A DNA stretch of 61,622 nt, filler included, from Sphacelaria rigidula (taxonomy: Eukaryota): assembly GCA_964200075.2 (NCBI GenBank). It is 4 parts of 4 records of this genome, joined end to end, with 100 filler letters (N's around TTAATTAATTAA, not from the genome) between each part and the next. Parts side by side here need not be neighbours in the genome. Positions count along the whole stretch, not along the records: positions 1 to 15,334 come from CAXNAA020001792.1; positions 15,435 to 30,766 come from CAXNAA020001793.1; 2 more parts are not named here. One strand, written 5' to 3'. This document shows, piece by piece, positions 10,755 to 23,100 of the stretch (the stretch's first letter is position 1; each line of letters opens with the position of its first letter). Both the position numbers and the translations under genes were made by a program. The notes under the pieces were generated by a model. The model made no database searches, was not told the origin of the DNA, and saw only the letters and a program-made list of their open reading frames with translations.

Positions 10755-13700
10755 TGCGAGGTATTTTGCGAGGCCGTGGCGTGCTCCGTCGAAGTCCACC
10801 GTTGCGGAGTAAGACAATTGTCACGAGATCTCTTGATGAGTTGAGCAGACGACCGACCCGCATACGGCGCTGCGTCGTGTTTTCATCTTTTCTGCAACTA
10901 TCATCCCCTAGCAAGGTGTACAGTCCTATCTGAACGTTCTTTCCCTGAACGTTCTCTCTCTGAACGTTTTCTCTCTGAACCTCAGCCCGGAACCCCAACT
11001 ATGGAGCTTCCAGTATTGAGCCATGGAGCCGTTTTGGCTCGGCTGAATCACACTAGCTACAGTACTGGTTTCCGAACCGTTCTTGTTGGCATCTCGCACT
11101 GAGCCGCACTGACTCCGGTTCCTGTACCGTTCCTGCCGATGTCTTGTAATGAACCGCACTGAATCCTACCAGGCTGGCTGATTGCACGCCAGATAATGCA
11201 CGTACAACGAGATCTAATGTCAATACATAATCTGCACCCCCGCCCGTGATCGTATAGCGTCAATACCAGAGAGGTAATACGATTACACCAAACGTGCTAG
11301 ATACAAATTCAATAAAGACCAATGCTACGGTAGGGGTGCACTTTGGCGCAAAATCTTGTCTGGCTCAGGGGCTCCTCACGGTTTTAGATGCATGAGAATA
11401 TGGGTCAGAGCAATTCCAGTGTTCAAACTCATTCGGGATACCTCTAGCACATCGGAATAGTAATCCCGGCGTACTCTCACACATTTCATAAGTCGTGTTT
11501 TGGATGAGATGAAGGGCTCCTAATTATTCTAACCTCAGAAAATATTTGTGCACCCCTACCGTAGCATCACTCTAAACCTTTCCATTAAATGCCATTGAAG
11601 CCGCGTGGTGGACCTGGACCCTCCAGACTCGTCCCGACTTTCGCCGCCTTTTTCGTTTCGATAGCCTTCATCGAGGACGGCGACTTGAACGTTTATTGTC
11701 TTTGCGTGAGGCTGTCCTTGCTTGGTATGCACCCGTCCACCACCTTTGTCGTTTTCTTCGCCCTGGGCTGTTCCTTAGCTTCTTCGTCAAGGGTAAAATC
11801 GTCCGAGCTCGGTACGCATTTGTTCTTGAGCTTCGTTCCTTCGTTATCGCCCATCGTGTCCGGTGCTTCGGTGATTCGACCCTGTTCGCGATCATCTCCG
11901 CTTGAGAAGGCGTGATCCTCTAGTCCAAGCTGCTGCTCCTCCTGTTCGCGGTGCCTCCGCCTTTTGGCCTTCAGAGCACCTGTTTGCACTTACAGTTGCA
12001 TTAGTTACAGGCTCCGCCGTCGGTACCCGTGGTCCCAGCGGTTCACGGGCCGCTCGGCTCTTGGCTTCGTTGTCCCTTTCTTGAATTTCCTCGCCTATAC
12101 CATGTTTCATCTGATAGCATCGAGCCCTCCCAGGGCATCTTCCGCGGTCGCCGGTTCCTATGATTCAGTGGCGATACCGCCCCCGAGCATGCCGAATGCG
12201 CCTTCGTCCTGACCTTCTAGGAGGGCGACGAGAAAATGTCCGCCGTCGGAACTGCTGCCATCAGAACTCCTAAAGCGTTGTCGGGTGTCACATCCCCCTA
12301 CGCCGTTGCGCTAGTCGATAGGACCTGCGTAGTTCACTGTCCGGAGAAGAGCGCTTCGATGACGTTGGGTCCTGTGCCTGTCCACCTGGGCCACCATCGA
12401 CGTCGATCTGTGCTGCTTTCTCTTCTTCCGACGGTTTGTCCTCGTCATTACCCAGTTCGACAACCTTCAGCTCCCCCACGATGTTCGCGACCCTGACCTC
12501 TGGTTCACGCGTGGTATGTGAGTACTTCCCGAGCTTGGATTCCTGCTTTAGTCGCACGTACCAGCAGAGCGAATGCCGATCGTGCCCCACCAACATGCCC
12601 CGTTTCGCGTATGGGTGGATCTTTGCAGCGACGCCGCGCTACTGTTTGTACGAAGCCGATCGTAGTTGGAAAGTTTCCCTGTCAGCCACTCGCATGGGGG
12701 TCTCACCTCCGAGGTACTCGTGGGGCATCCCTGCGGTCTTGCATGCCGCGTCCGCCACAGCGAAGAATCAGCAGCCCTCTTCGTGTCCCGCTTTCATCAG
12801 CTGGCTGCGTGCTATCCTCACCAGTTTTGAATGGGACATTCAGGCATAGCGTTACTTTGGGGTGTCCTTGGCGGTGAGCATCGCTAATTTATGCCGCGAT
12901 TGGCCACATGCATTGAAATCTGACTGACTGCCCGAGTTTCCCAGCGCCGTCTCCGCTAATGCATTTGATGACCACTCTCCCACAGGCCATTTCGTTGATG
13001 TAGGCTCCCGTGGCATCCGCGGAAGAATCTCCTGTCTTGAGTTCAACAGCGTGCTTGTCTCGACTGGCTTCGTTCACGAAAACCCGAAAGTCTTTCATGC
13101 CCGTAACATCGGCGTGGAAATACCCTCAAGACCAGTGCACCCGACTTCACCTGATGCCTTGGGGCTCCTGCCGCCGCGGCCGTAACTGAGCGCCTCGGAC
13201 TTGCAATCCTTGCAAACGCTGCAGTCCATCCCGGACGCCACAGCGGTATCAGTTACATCGATCAGCCACGCGCCTCGAGGTGTTTTATGGGGGCCGGATC
13301 GATTTGTCCCATGGTGTCGCGCCATTGCTTCAATGCACTACGCTGCGTCTTTTTTGCGAATGAAGCGTGCGCCAGTGCCGCATGTTTCCCATTTCCCTGC
13401 ACGGATGCCGACAGGGTCAGGAACGCTTTATTCTCAGCTGCGGAGACCTTCGGTTCGTCCTCTCCGAACCGAGGGTAGTCCTCCTTCCTACCGGAGTTCA
13501 CAAATTCTCCTTAGTCACGTCGAACCGTTCCGGTGCTCTGCTGCCGGTAAGGTATTCTAGGTACGCAAAGTACGTTCTTCACTATGATCTTTGCCGGAGC
13601 CTCCTTGCCCCGAGCAGTCGCGTATAATGAGATTCCGTCCCATTACCAGCGCCTGCAGCTACTCCTTGTTCCGAAATGTACAGCTTCAATTCACCGTACG

Positions 13701-15238
13701 CGTGTTCCTGAGATCCTCCTTCCAGGGAGTCATGTGGATTTTCGCTCCCGAGTCACGGAGAACCGACACCTCTCGTGACTGTTGGTCGACGTGCACTTGA
13801 ATGCTGCTCGCTCACCTTCGACTACCACGCTCATCGTTATGAATGCCCTTGGTCTATCCCACCTCCCATTACTTCTGCCGCTTTCTGGAAGAGGTGGGAT
13901 CGTTCGTACGAGGCTCACGCCCGGCGGTCGTTTAGCCGGAGGTTTGCCGTAAAGGTAGGAGCGGCATTCCCGCCACCTATGATTTCGCTTCAATCAGTGC
14001 TCGCATTGATTGCTATCCACTCCCGGGTCGGCTTCCCCCCCCCCCCGATTCGTAACTGGAGCGCTACTACTTTATCGCGGCGTGCCATGTCGAACGTTAG
14101 GTATGTTGAGGTTACTACGACTGCCCGTTTCAGCTCATCGTGCGTCATACCTGGCAGGGTCGTTACTATAAAGGCTTCCTTCTTTTGGTCTCCTCGACTT
14201 TGGTGTTTCTAAGCCCTTCAAATTTCCCCCAGATGGCGTCCTGCTCGCCATGAAATCTGCTGATTCTTTTAGAGATGGTGTGACACTTATGAGGCAGTGT
14301 ACTAAGTCATGACTGTCTTTGGAACTGGCGATACCATAAAATGAAGCAACTCGTTGTAGACTGTCATCCAAAACCAAGATGATCAGTAGGCTTCGGGCCG
14401 AACAATCTTAGCGGGATGCAGCTCACCATTCATGCAACTTGCCGAGCACACCACGGCGCTTCGCCCTTGGTGATTAATTGGGAGCCTGGTCCGGTGAAAA
14501 CCTGGCGTGCCCCGTCCCTGCTTTGTAGGGATGCGAGGTCAATGGTCAGGTGACTATGGCATGCAAGAGCATGAGTACAGAATTGCATTGAAGATCCCGC
14601 AGCCTTCGTTCTAATGCAAGTAGTCGAACATGCCGCTCGTCCTGTGCACGTCCTCCGTAGATCCGCTCCGGCCAGGCTTCCCTGCCGTCGGGGTTGCAGC
14701 CGTGCTTGCATCGTGCGACGATGGCTTCGGCTGACCCTTTCGTAGCCTGTGCCAGGAGGAACCACAAGGACTGTGTGTGCGTTGGAGCGTTTTGTACGCC
14801 CTACGCTGGTCTAGTGCTGTAGTCGCTGTCGGAACGTCTGGTGTGGCGTAATCCGGTCGCAGCAGAGGGTATAGTCCCTTCACCCCACCGTACCCTGCGA
14901 TGGAGAGTCTCCATACGTCCTGCGTTTCTCATGAGTGACCGCGAGCGCCCGTCCAGATTTTCAGCTTGCGTCGGGGAGGGTTACAATCTGTGTACTTGTG
15001 AGGTGTATTACGTGACCGTGACGCGCTTCCTCCAATTGCACTGTTTTATAGTGGAGCAAGACAATTGTCACGAGAGATCCTGATGGGTTCAGCAGACGAC
15101 TAGCCTGCATGGGGCTCTGCATCGTGCTTTCATCTTTTCTGTAATTGTCACCTCCTACCATGATGTACAGTCCTATCAGAACGTTCTCTCTCTCTGCACC
15201 CCATCTCTGCACCCCAGCCCAGAATCCCACCTATAACA
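10755..15238 (-). mobile_element. Defective Ty1/copia LTR retrotransposon (gag-PR-IN; RT/RNaseH lost)
   Basis: Diverged direct repeats at 10755-11002 and 14997-15238 (minus strand starts TGTTA); gag-like WFLLAQATKGSAEAIV..DGREAW at ~14.7 kb; protease DSGAKIHM at ~13.75 kb; integrase IKCISGDGAG at ~12.95 kb; RT start EPATAEDAL..(W)KHGIGEEI at ~12.1 kb; order PR-IN-RT. Confidence 0.8.
11317..11572. mobile_element. MITE with TIRs and TAAA target-site duplication
   Basis: TIR core ATGCTACGGTAGGGGTGCAC/GTGCACCCCTACCGTAGCAT; TAAA at 11313-11316 and 11573-11576. Confidence 0.8.
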
Positions 15239-15334
15239 ACGTTTTCGTGAGATTGAGAGTAGATCTTTGATTGAGAGTGGCTTTGATCATTCGCTTTAAG
15301 TGAGTCATTTTTTAATTCCACGTGTGCTTTTCTT

Positions 15335-15434
15335 NNNNNNNNNNNNNNNNNNNNNNNNNNNNNNNNNNNNNNNNNNNNTTAATTAATTAANNNNNNNNNN
15401 NNNNNNNNNNNNNNNNNNNNNNNNNNNNNNNNNN
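15335..15434. other. Artificial scaffold spacer
   Basis: N44-TTAATTAATTAA-N44, a linker with stops in all six frames. Confidence 0.97.
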
Positions 15435-18319
15435 AATCTCAGAAATTATTTCTTTACCCCTACCGTAGCATCACTCGGCTAAAAAGATGAGCCAAGAATG
15501 CACACGAGCCAAATACCGAATACACCCGAATCTAGATATACGAACGGGAATGTTACAAATATGAGTAATATGTGACGACGAAAAAAACGAGTGGGTTCCC
15601 TGTGGGATATCTGTAATGTCCCGCTCACCAGTAGCCGAAACCTGCTCCAACTTTCAGACGACAGGAGTAGAGATCTGCACCACCTGTGAAGTACATTATA
15701 TAGATTACGTTGCCCTGCTTTGAGATCCCAGGGATTGTAGGTTGTTGTTGTGCAGAAAGCTTTGCTGTATGTTCTTTTGTGCAACTGCAGTTCGTGAACA
15801 GGAACGAGCCCGATTGTATTCGCTTAGCAGTTTCACACCAGTACAACAAAAGTGCACATAATACACCGAGTGTCCTGTCTGTGGACTATCAAACATTGCG
15901 GTCAGACAGTTGAGGGATAGCGGTGTTCGATAGAGACGGCAGGGGGTGTGAGGGAGAAGCACGGAGAGAGATATTTGAGCTGCAGGGAGGGATTTCATGG
16001 AAGGTGCCAGCTCTGTACGGTCTAGGTTACACGGGTAAAGCAGGTGAGAAACACTTCAGCGTACAGCATACATGTCGAAAGGCGTGAAGGCTGGCTCTGT
16101 TACACGTAACGTTCGGCACTGGCCGCGTAGATTCGGGAAGCTGTTACAGTGAGGTCGCGTCGGCACAGTAGGTAAATGTTCCTGAACTGTAACGATTACG
16201 CGCGCAAGCTCTACCGCCCTTGGCACGCTGCCGTTCGACTCGACTCACAGGGCAACAACAACAACAACAACAACGACAGTAGTGATGTCGCAAATGTCTA
16301 CTGTTGTACGGTCCTGCAGAGAAATGTGGATTGCACTCAGTTGCAGGTCGGTTTCGTGTCGCGATTCCTGGCGAAAACATTTCCGATTGTGATGCGAACC
16401 GACACGAATCGAATCATGACTTTTTTACACTGGTTACGAGTACCCGTAGTCCTTCCTTCCTCCCCCCGAACGCCGCACTAGGTTCGCCCTCCAATGCCGT
16501 GTCAGAACATCGGAGCTCCAGACAAGCGCTGTGCCAGTTTACTACCATAGGTGCTTTCTCACCTCCGCACTGTTTAGTAGTAGTGGCGCCGTCAGTTTTC
16601 GTCAATCGTGTCACGAATTTGACCCACACGTATATATGGACATTATTATCGACACTTTTTTTTCGGAAATCTCCACAATTTTCGGGACAGGCAAGGTACG
16701 TGGTGACTCTCGAACGTTCACAAGCGCTACGGTGTAGACACAGGATAGCTTTCCGATGTGTTGCAGTGCAGTCCGAATATGTCGGGCTTCTCCAAAACTG
16801 AAGCTTCGGGAAAACAATCAAGCCGCTTCGTTTCCGAAGAAGTTTGAACACAGAATCCCAAAAATTGTGAGATCTCCGGGAAAACAGTGTCAGTACTCAG
16901 TACAGAGGTATAATTGTACAGGGGACAAATTCAAGCCCGGGTTTCTGGCTGTTTCATAAGGCCTTTTTTCGCTGAATTTTGAATTTTTCGAAGTGGAAAA
17001 CGTGATAGATGTGACATGTGTCCATCGCGTGTCAGGTCTCGCCGACAGCTATTTATCCCTTTGACGGCCAGGGTAGGTCACCTGCCGAATCGGCATCAAT
17101 ATTAACTTGAAAAAAGTATGCGGGTTCCTGGTGGACTACCCGCACTGTTGTGGTCGAAAGGTAAACCCGTTGACGGCGATTTTGCTGAATCGGCATCAAT
17201 TTTACTTGAAAGAAGTATGCATGATCCAGATGGACGACCCTCGCGGTCTAGGTAGGGGTTAATAGCATTTCTTCGTGACCCCGCCCCCGCCCAGGGCGGG
17301 TAATAGTGAGGGCATCGCCCCGAATAGGGCCGAGAACACCCCCACAGACAGTACAGTGCACCATCTGTAATGTATTTATCGTGTGTCGCGGCTGTCAGGG
17401 TTGATAATTGGTCCAGAGTGGTGGCTGAACTGCATTGTAAAGGATAGACCTCATTGCCCCATACTACAAAACTGTGGGGACCTACACACTGTTCACCTGC
17501 CTTTCATTGTCACCTATCAAAGTACATCCCATTTGTTGCACAACGCCGAAATTAATCATTTCACCGCCACCGTACCGTAGCTCCTCTCTTCGATTGTTGA
17601 GCATTTTCAGTTGAAGAATTACTGCATGTCCTACATGACCCGTCCTTTTGGTCAAAGGGTGGAAGAGACTGTGTACTTTTTGCATGAGCCCTTCCGAACG
17701 CGAAGATAAAATCCGCAACTGTTGGCAGCACGGCCTCAGAGAGGAGAAAATCAGACTTCGTGTTAATCCGACAGAGGTGGCGGTACAAAATAGTCGATTC
17801 TGCAGTTTCTTCAATGATCACCTGGCACCTGAAATGGGGACATACTCCATCAGATGCCACTGTAACAATCTGTACCTAGGCTTTATTTCTGTATGCGCGT
17901 TTTCCCTCGAAATTAGACCAACTTTTATGGCAGTCACCAATCTCGATTTTTCGAGCATCGGAGGGAAAAAAAATCGGGGAACACATTCTGTGCATTCTGT
18001 GGAGCCCGATTTCGACCAAATCGGGGGAGAGAAAATCAGGGATGTCACGATCTCAGAACAATTCCCCCCGATTTTTTGCAGGTGACGTACGTGCATTGAC
18101 GTACAGTGGTGGGGTACAAGGCGTTTGATATTTTTGCAACGGCAGCAGAAGACAGTCTCGTGACAGCGCAGGGCGTGCCTAATGCCCGCGCCAACTGCTG
18201 AAGCAACTTCGCACGGGGCTTGAGAAGCGGATAATAAATGCTGACGCCGTACCCTGCGGCGATGGTAATATTTTATTCTGCGCTGCGCTGCCATATGTAT
18301 CACTATAACGAACGCTACT

Positions 18320-18640
18320 GTACTCTCCTTGCTGTTGTCGCTGTACTTGAGGGGTAATGTACGGCACTGCACTACTGAACTTTGCTCGCGCACTGTTCGT
18401 TCTCTGTTCTCGCAAGACCGACTGTGCCAGCATGTACTACCACACGGCATTACCATGTCCTGTGCTGATGGATTGTCCTGCACTGTAATACCCTGGGGTA
18501 CCAAGGTACGGCACTGTACTCGAAGGATTGTTTACCGCCTGCCTGCTCTTCGGCTTTATGCACGATTACGCAATACCACTCTCACGCAAAAAATAACTGT
18601 ACAGAGCTATTTCACAAATCTGTGATACTGTCTGTACCAT
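18320..18640. repeat. Dispersed repeat, second copy at ~36985-37300
   Basis: Colinear similarity: GTCGCTGTACTTGA...CCACACGGCATTACC...ATACCCT.GGGTACCA. Confidence 0.65.
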
Positions 18641-18719
18641 AAAACGGTCCCCCCGATTTTGAGTTCGCGATTTTGAATCTAAAAAACATCGAGATATTTT
18701 CCATAAAAGTTGATCTCAA

Positions 18720-18877
18720 CCCTTTTGGGACCGAACTCCGAGAAACATGGTGTTTGCATGCAAGGGCCTTGTTGTGAATCGATCATTTTTACTTGAAAAT
18801 GACTGAAAATGGCCCCGATTCGCAAAAAGACCCCTGCGTGCGAACACCATGTTTCTGGGAGTCCGATTTCAAAAGGG
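18720..18877. mobile_element. piggyBac-like MITE
   Basis: CCCTTTTG...CAAAAGGG termini with longer imperfect inverted arms; flanks TCAA/TTAG (degenerate TTAA). Confidence 0.6.
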
Positions 18878-19316
18878 TTAGGCTAATTATAAGCTTTGCG
18901 ATAAAAAGGCATTTCGTGGGTATCTACATGGCATTTTTAAGTGTATCATTCGACTGAAAGCCGATCCGGCCCTCCGTGACAGGTCGGTGTTGGCCGAAAA
19001 CGGCGGTAAGACTGGGTGTTTTCTCAGCACGGGGGCGAACTTGAAGGTTGAAACCCACTCTGATGATTTTCTCACATTAGCTGATTGGGACAACCCAGCC
19101 CGTGGTCAGAAGCAGCGAAAACGAAGTAAAATACGAAAGAAGGAAATGAAAAGAAAAAGACAGGAGCAACAGCCACAGGAAAGAGGGAGCAGCGACAACA
19201 GCAACAACAACATCTGTAATGAAAACATACCCCAAGTTACCAAATATTCGGGAGGAGTACTGAAATCGTACCCAACTCTCACCAAAGTGTGAGTAGAGAT
19301 TTGAGATCGCACCGAA

Positions 19317-19452
19317 GCACCGCATAGGCAAGGTGGAGAACTAGAACAAATGAAAAATAAAATCTCTTGTGTTGGCCTCCCTCCTGTGTGATCCCGGCTG
19401 AATTGCCCCCATACACCGAGAGGTGTAGACTGGTGTCCAGAATAGACGACAT
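19317..19452 (+). mobile_element. SINE-body fragment, inverted relative to the other copies
   Basis: Reverse complement matches 30003-30150 and 32853-33000. Confidence 0.65.
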
Positions 19453-20119
19453 GACAACATAACACAACACCCAAGTAATACTTTACTGCACACCCGAGTA
19501 CTGCTGAGATTACCTCCCCAACTTTAGGGTCGAGTATTGACATCATACCCAAATAACCCATTTATGGCGAAGAATATTGAGATCGGACCCGACTTTTATC
19601 CAATACCCGGGTAACGCTAACAGGATCCGTCCAACATTTGGGTAGAGTATTGAGATCATGTCCTAGCTACCCAATTATCTCGTAGATTACTGAAATCATA
19701 CCCAATGTACCCAGAACTTCGGAAGAGTGAATACCCGGGTATTATACCTAGGTTTTGAAGAGTACATACCCTACCCGACCTGCACTTTGAATCTTACAAG
19801 TATTGTATTTTTGTGCAAATAGCACTGTATAGCCTTTTTTTTTTGTTTCTATTCCTTGAAGGAAGGAGAAAACCTGGCCCAACACTTGTCCCGCAAGCGG
19901 GGTCGTGTGCCGATTACCCTAAGGCCCCGCCAGACTGCCTCGTGGTAGTCATGTTGAGTAGGCGCGTCGTTCTCGAGCTTTGGTCATGGCAGTGTGGGGG
20001 TCGGACTCACTATAACCCCTCATCAACTTGGTGTACACGCCGCATACTCTTGGGAGCTTCGGCCCTAGGTGGGATTTCCACCTCGGTGTGACCTTACCCG
20101 CTTACTGATATCCCGAGCT

Positions 20120-23100
20120 GTCAACTCGAACCGTCATCACGGGCCTGTCAACCCCGGGATCGTCATCCTCAATCTTCTGGGCCCCGGGTCATTTAGAAAA
20201 CGAATGAAGCAGGAATTGTCCACTGCAAGATCCACCACATGAATCTATGGCCAGCCACCACCGCGGAGTGCTCCCGTGCCAGTTCCCGAGCCCCTGCTCC
20301 CTTTCCCTTGGACCTATCCTTTGTTTAACGCGCGGTGTTGTACGGCATCTCCTCCCCAATACAGGAATATTTATCTCCCTTCGGAAATGGCGCAAACCAA
20401 TTTATCTTTCCCACGTAACGCGCATGATAGGTGTGCAATCGTCTGAGACATAGCCGCTATTTCAACCCCTCGACCTCGGGCTAATTGATAGCCCGAGATT
20501 TGGTCGACCACCACACGTGCGAGAGGTCCGTCGGCATCCTCTATCATCATATGATACGGCGGTGTTTCGGCTGCATATTTGGTCAGCACAATCTGACCGA
20601 GTCCCATTGGTAACTATTTGGGCATGTCAGTGGTATCGTGTGGAGGCAGACACGGTTTGCACCTTAAGATCGAAATGCGTTTTTTCGGTTTCGCGCCGGG
20701 TTCATCCGTGGGAAAATCCGAGTACAAAAGCTTCACTCCCACCGGACTTTTGTCGGGTGCGGTAGCGCTTGGCCAAGGTGCTAAGTTCTTCCAAGGACCA
20801 GTCGAATTCAAGAAGAGCTTCGATTTCAACACCTTGTCCAACAAAGAGTTCTTCGAACTAGCTCCTTGAGTGACATTCTTCACATCGTTGTATATCCGAG
20901 CCCATCGACCAACCTTCCCCACAGGGCGATTGTGCACAAACTATCCAACACCGTGTTGATTTGGCCTTGCTCTCGTACCACTTCATATGCAAGACGCAGA
21001 CAATTACTAACGGGTATACGATACTCCGCGATATCTCGATCTAAACTCTGGTGACCATCGGTAGCTTTCCGATCGAACACCGTCAGAGACAACATGGGCA
21101 TATACCGCCAATATAAACTTCATTAGGGGCTAATCCTGTAGCGGCTTGGACTGAATTGTTGTAGTTCATCTGAACGAGGGGCAAATGTAGGTCCCAGTTT
21201 GTTTGCCGCTCGTTCGTGACAGTTGCAAGCATTTGCGCCATCGTGTGATGCATGCGTTCAGTTTCACCGGTAGTGTACGCGTGACGTGAACTAGTGAAAA
21301 TGGGATGACACCCAGGAGGTTCCTGATCGCGGCAGGAAGTTCGCCGGAGAAGTGCGAACCGGTGTCGGACAACAATCGTTTGGGTACGCCCCATTGTGGA
21401 ACATGTGTGTACACAAGGACGTTGGCGGTACCTCACGCGCTGTGATTAGCTTCCGAAACAGCATGCATCACAGCGTGTCGAGTCAATCGCTCCTTCAACA
21501 ACAAAATGTGCTTGTTACCACTTGAAGTGAGGGGCAACGGACCAGAGTAGTCCCATGAGACTACTTCCCCAGGCCCGTTGGGAAGTGGCATGGATATTAC
21601 CGGCCATCGAACTGTTTGACGTGAAGCGCGCTTGGCACAAGAGACAACGCCGCACCCACCAACGTACACACTGATCCATACAAATCTACCAAAACAAAAC
21701 GCTCTAGCATCTGGGAGGTCCTAACGGCTCCTAGATGGGTGAATGCTCACGAACGGCATTGATGTAGAACCCACAGACGCAGAAGCATCGGAACATAGAT
21801 TCGTATGGGTTTGTCATTCAGCAAGCGGGCATGTTCGACTTGTAGATTTCCCCACACGAATAGTCGCTGTGGGCCCGCGAACTAAAAGAACAACGCCATC
21901 ATCATCCGTGTGAAGCATACCTCTTCGCAATAGTTCAGTGACTTCCTCCTGTGGGGGGCTTCGTCGTTCCTGACGGGCAAAAGGAATTCAGTGTCTGGTG
22001 CAGGAGATGGGCATCGTTTGATAGATAATGCATAGCCACTCTACAAGCAGGTTCAACTTGTTCCCGGGCCCAATCGGCGTGGGAAAACAGAGTTAGGTGT
22101 TCCTCAAATCCACCGTCTAACGGGGTGTCCAATACGCACGCATTCGGGTCATAGCTGTGTTGACACGAAGCGTCGATATTTGGATCAGGGGTGGGGCGAT
22201 CAAATAATGCATCTTCACGCGGAACGTTGTCCTCTACCCCTACGTCGAGTAACGTATCGGATGGTGTGGTATCGTTGGTGACACCATCACCGGGGAAGGG
22301 GGGCACAGCCGAGGCTCCGGCTGCGGGGGGCGGGGGTGCCGTGGTCGGGTCGATCTTCTGGGAGCCGTGCGCCGAGGGGGTTGGGGGGGGCGTAAGGAAA
22401 CTATCGGGTATCGATATGGGGTTCAGGAGGAGGTCCGGGCCAGAAGCTGCCAGGTTGGCGGCCGTCTCGGCGGCCCGCCGTCCTCGGGGTTTACTCGAAA
22501 ATCTTATCTCGAACGTTAAACGGAAGGGCGATTTCAGTATAGGGCGGTTCTACATTTGGCGCAAAAATCATGCGTCGACCAGTTGCACAAAATTGATCAT
22601 AACGAGCGGTGTTTGCGGGAATTCCACTCCAGAATGAAAACAAGGATTTGGGTTGCGTACTGCCTAGTACTGAAGCGTGCGCTGTTGTCGTCAGCCCACC
22701 AATGCCAAATGTCGATTTGTGGCTCAGTGAGAGTGGTGTGTAGAGACCGCGATGATCGTTGTTGCTACTGAAATATACATTGTCTTCGATGGGAACTGTA
22801 ATGCGTCCTAAGGCAGATTCATCGATAGGGTTAGCCGGTATGAGCAATCAAGATAAAATGTCGACGTTTGCGTTTTGGTGTCCTGCTCGGTATTTCAGCA
22901 TAAAGTTGGGAGAGGACAGGATTTCGCCATCTTGACGTCATTTCCGACGTAAACACGAATTCCACCCCATTTTTGAGAAGGTCCGTACGGGGCTTGAGAG
23001 TTTGGGCCAGGTTTGGCAAACATTGTCGGTAGTAGCTCAGACCGTCGAGCAAGGAACTCAGTTGAGAAAAATCCCGTGGCGTGGGCATATGGGCAAGTGC

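Noticed and set aside
15379-15390. TTAATTAATTAA palindrome repeated three times at ~15.43-kb spacing
   Set aside because: Embedded in N runs; assembly linker, not biological periodicity
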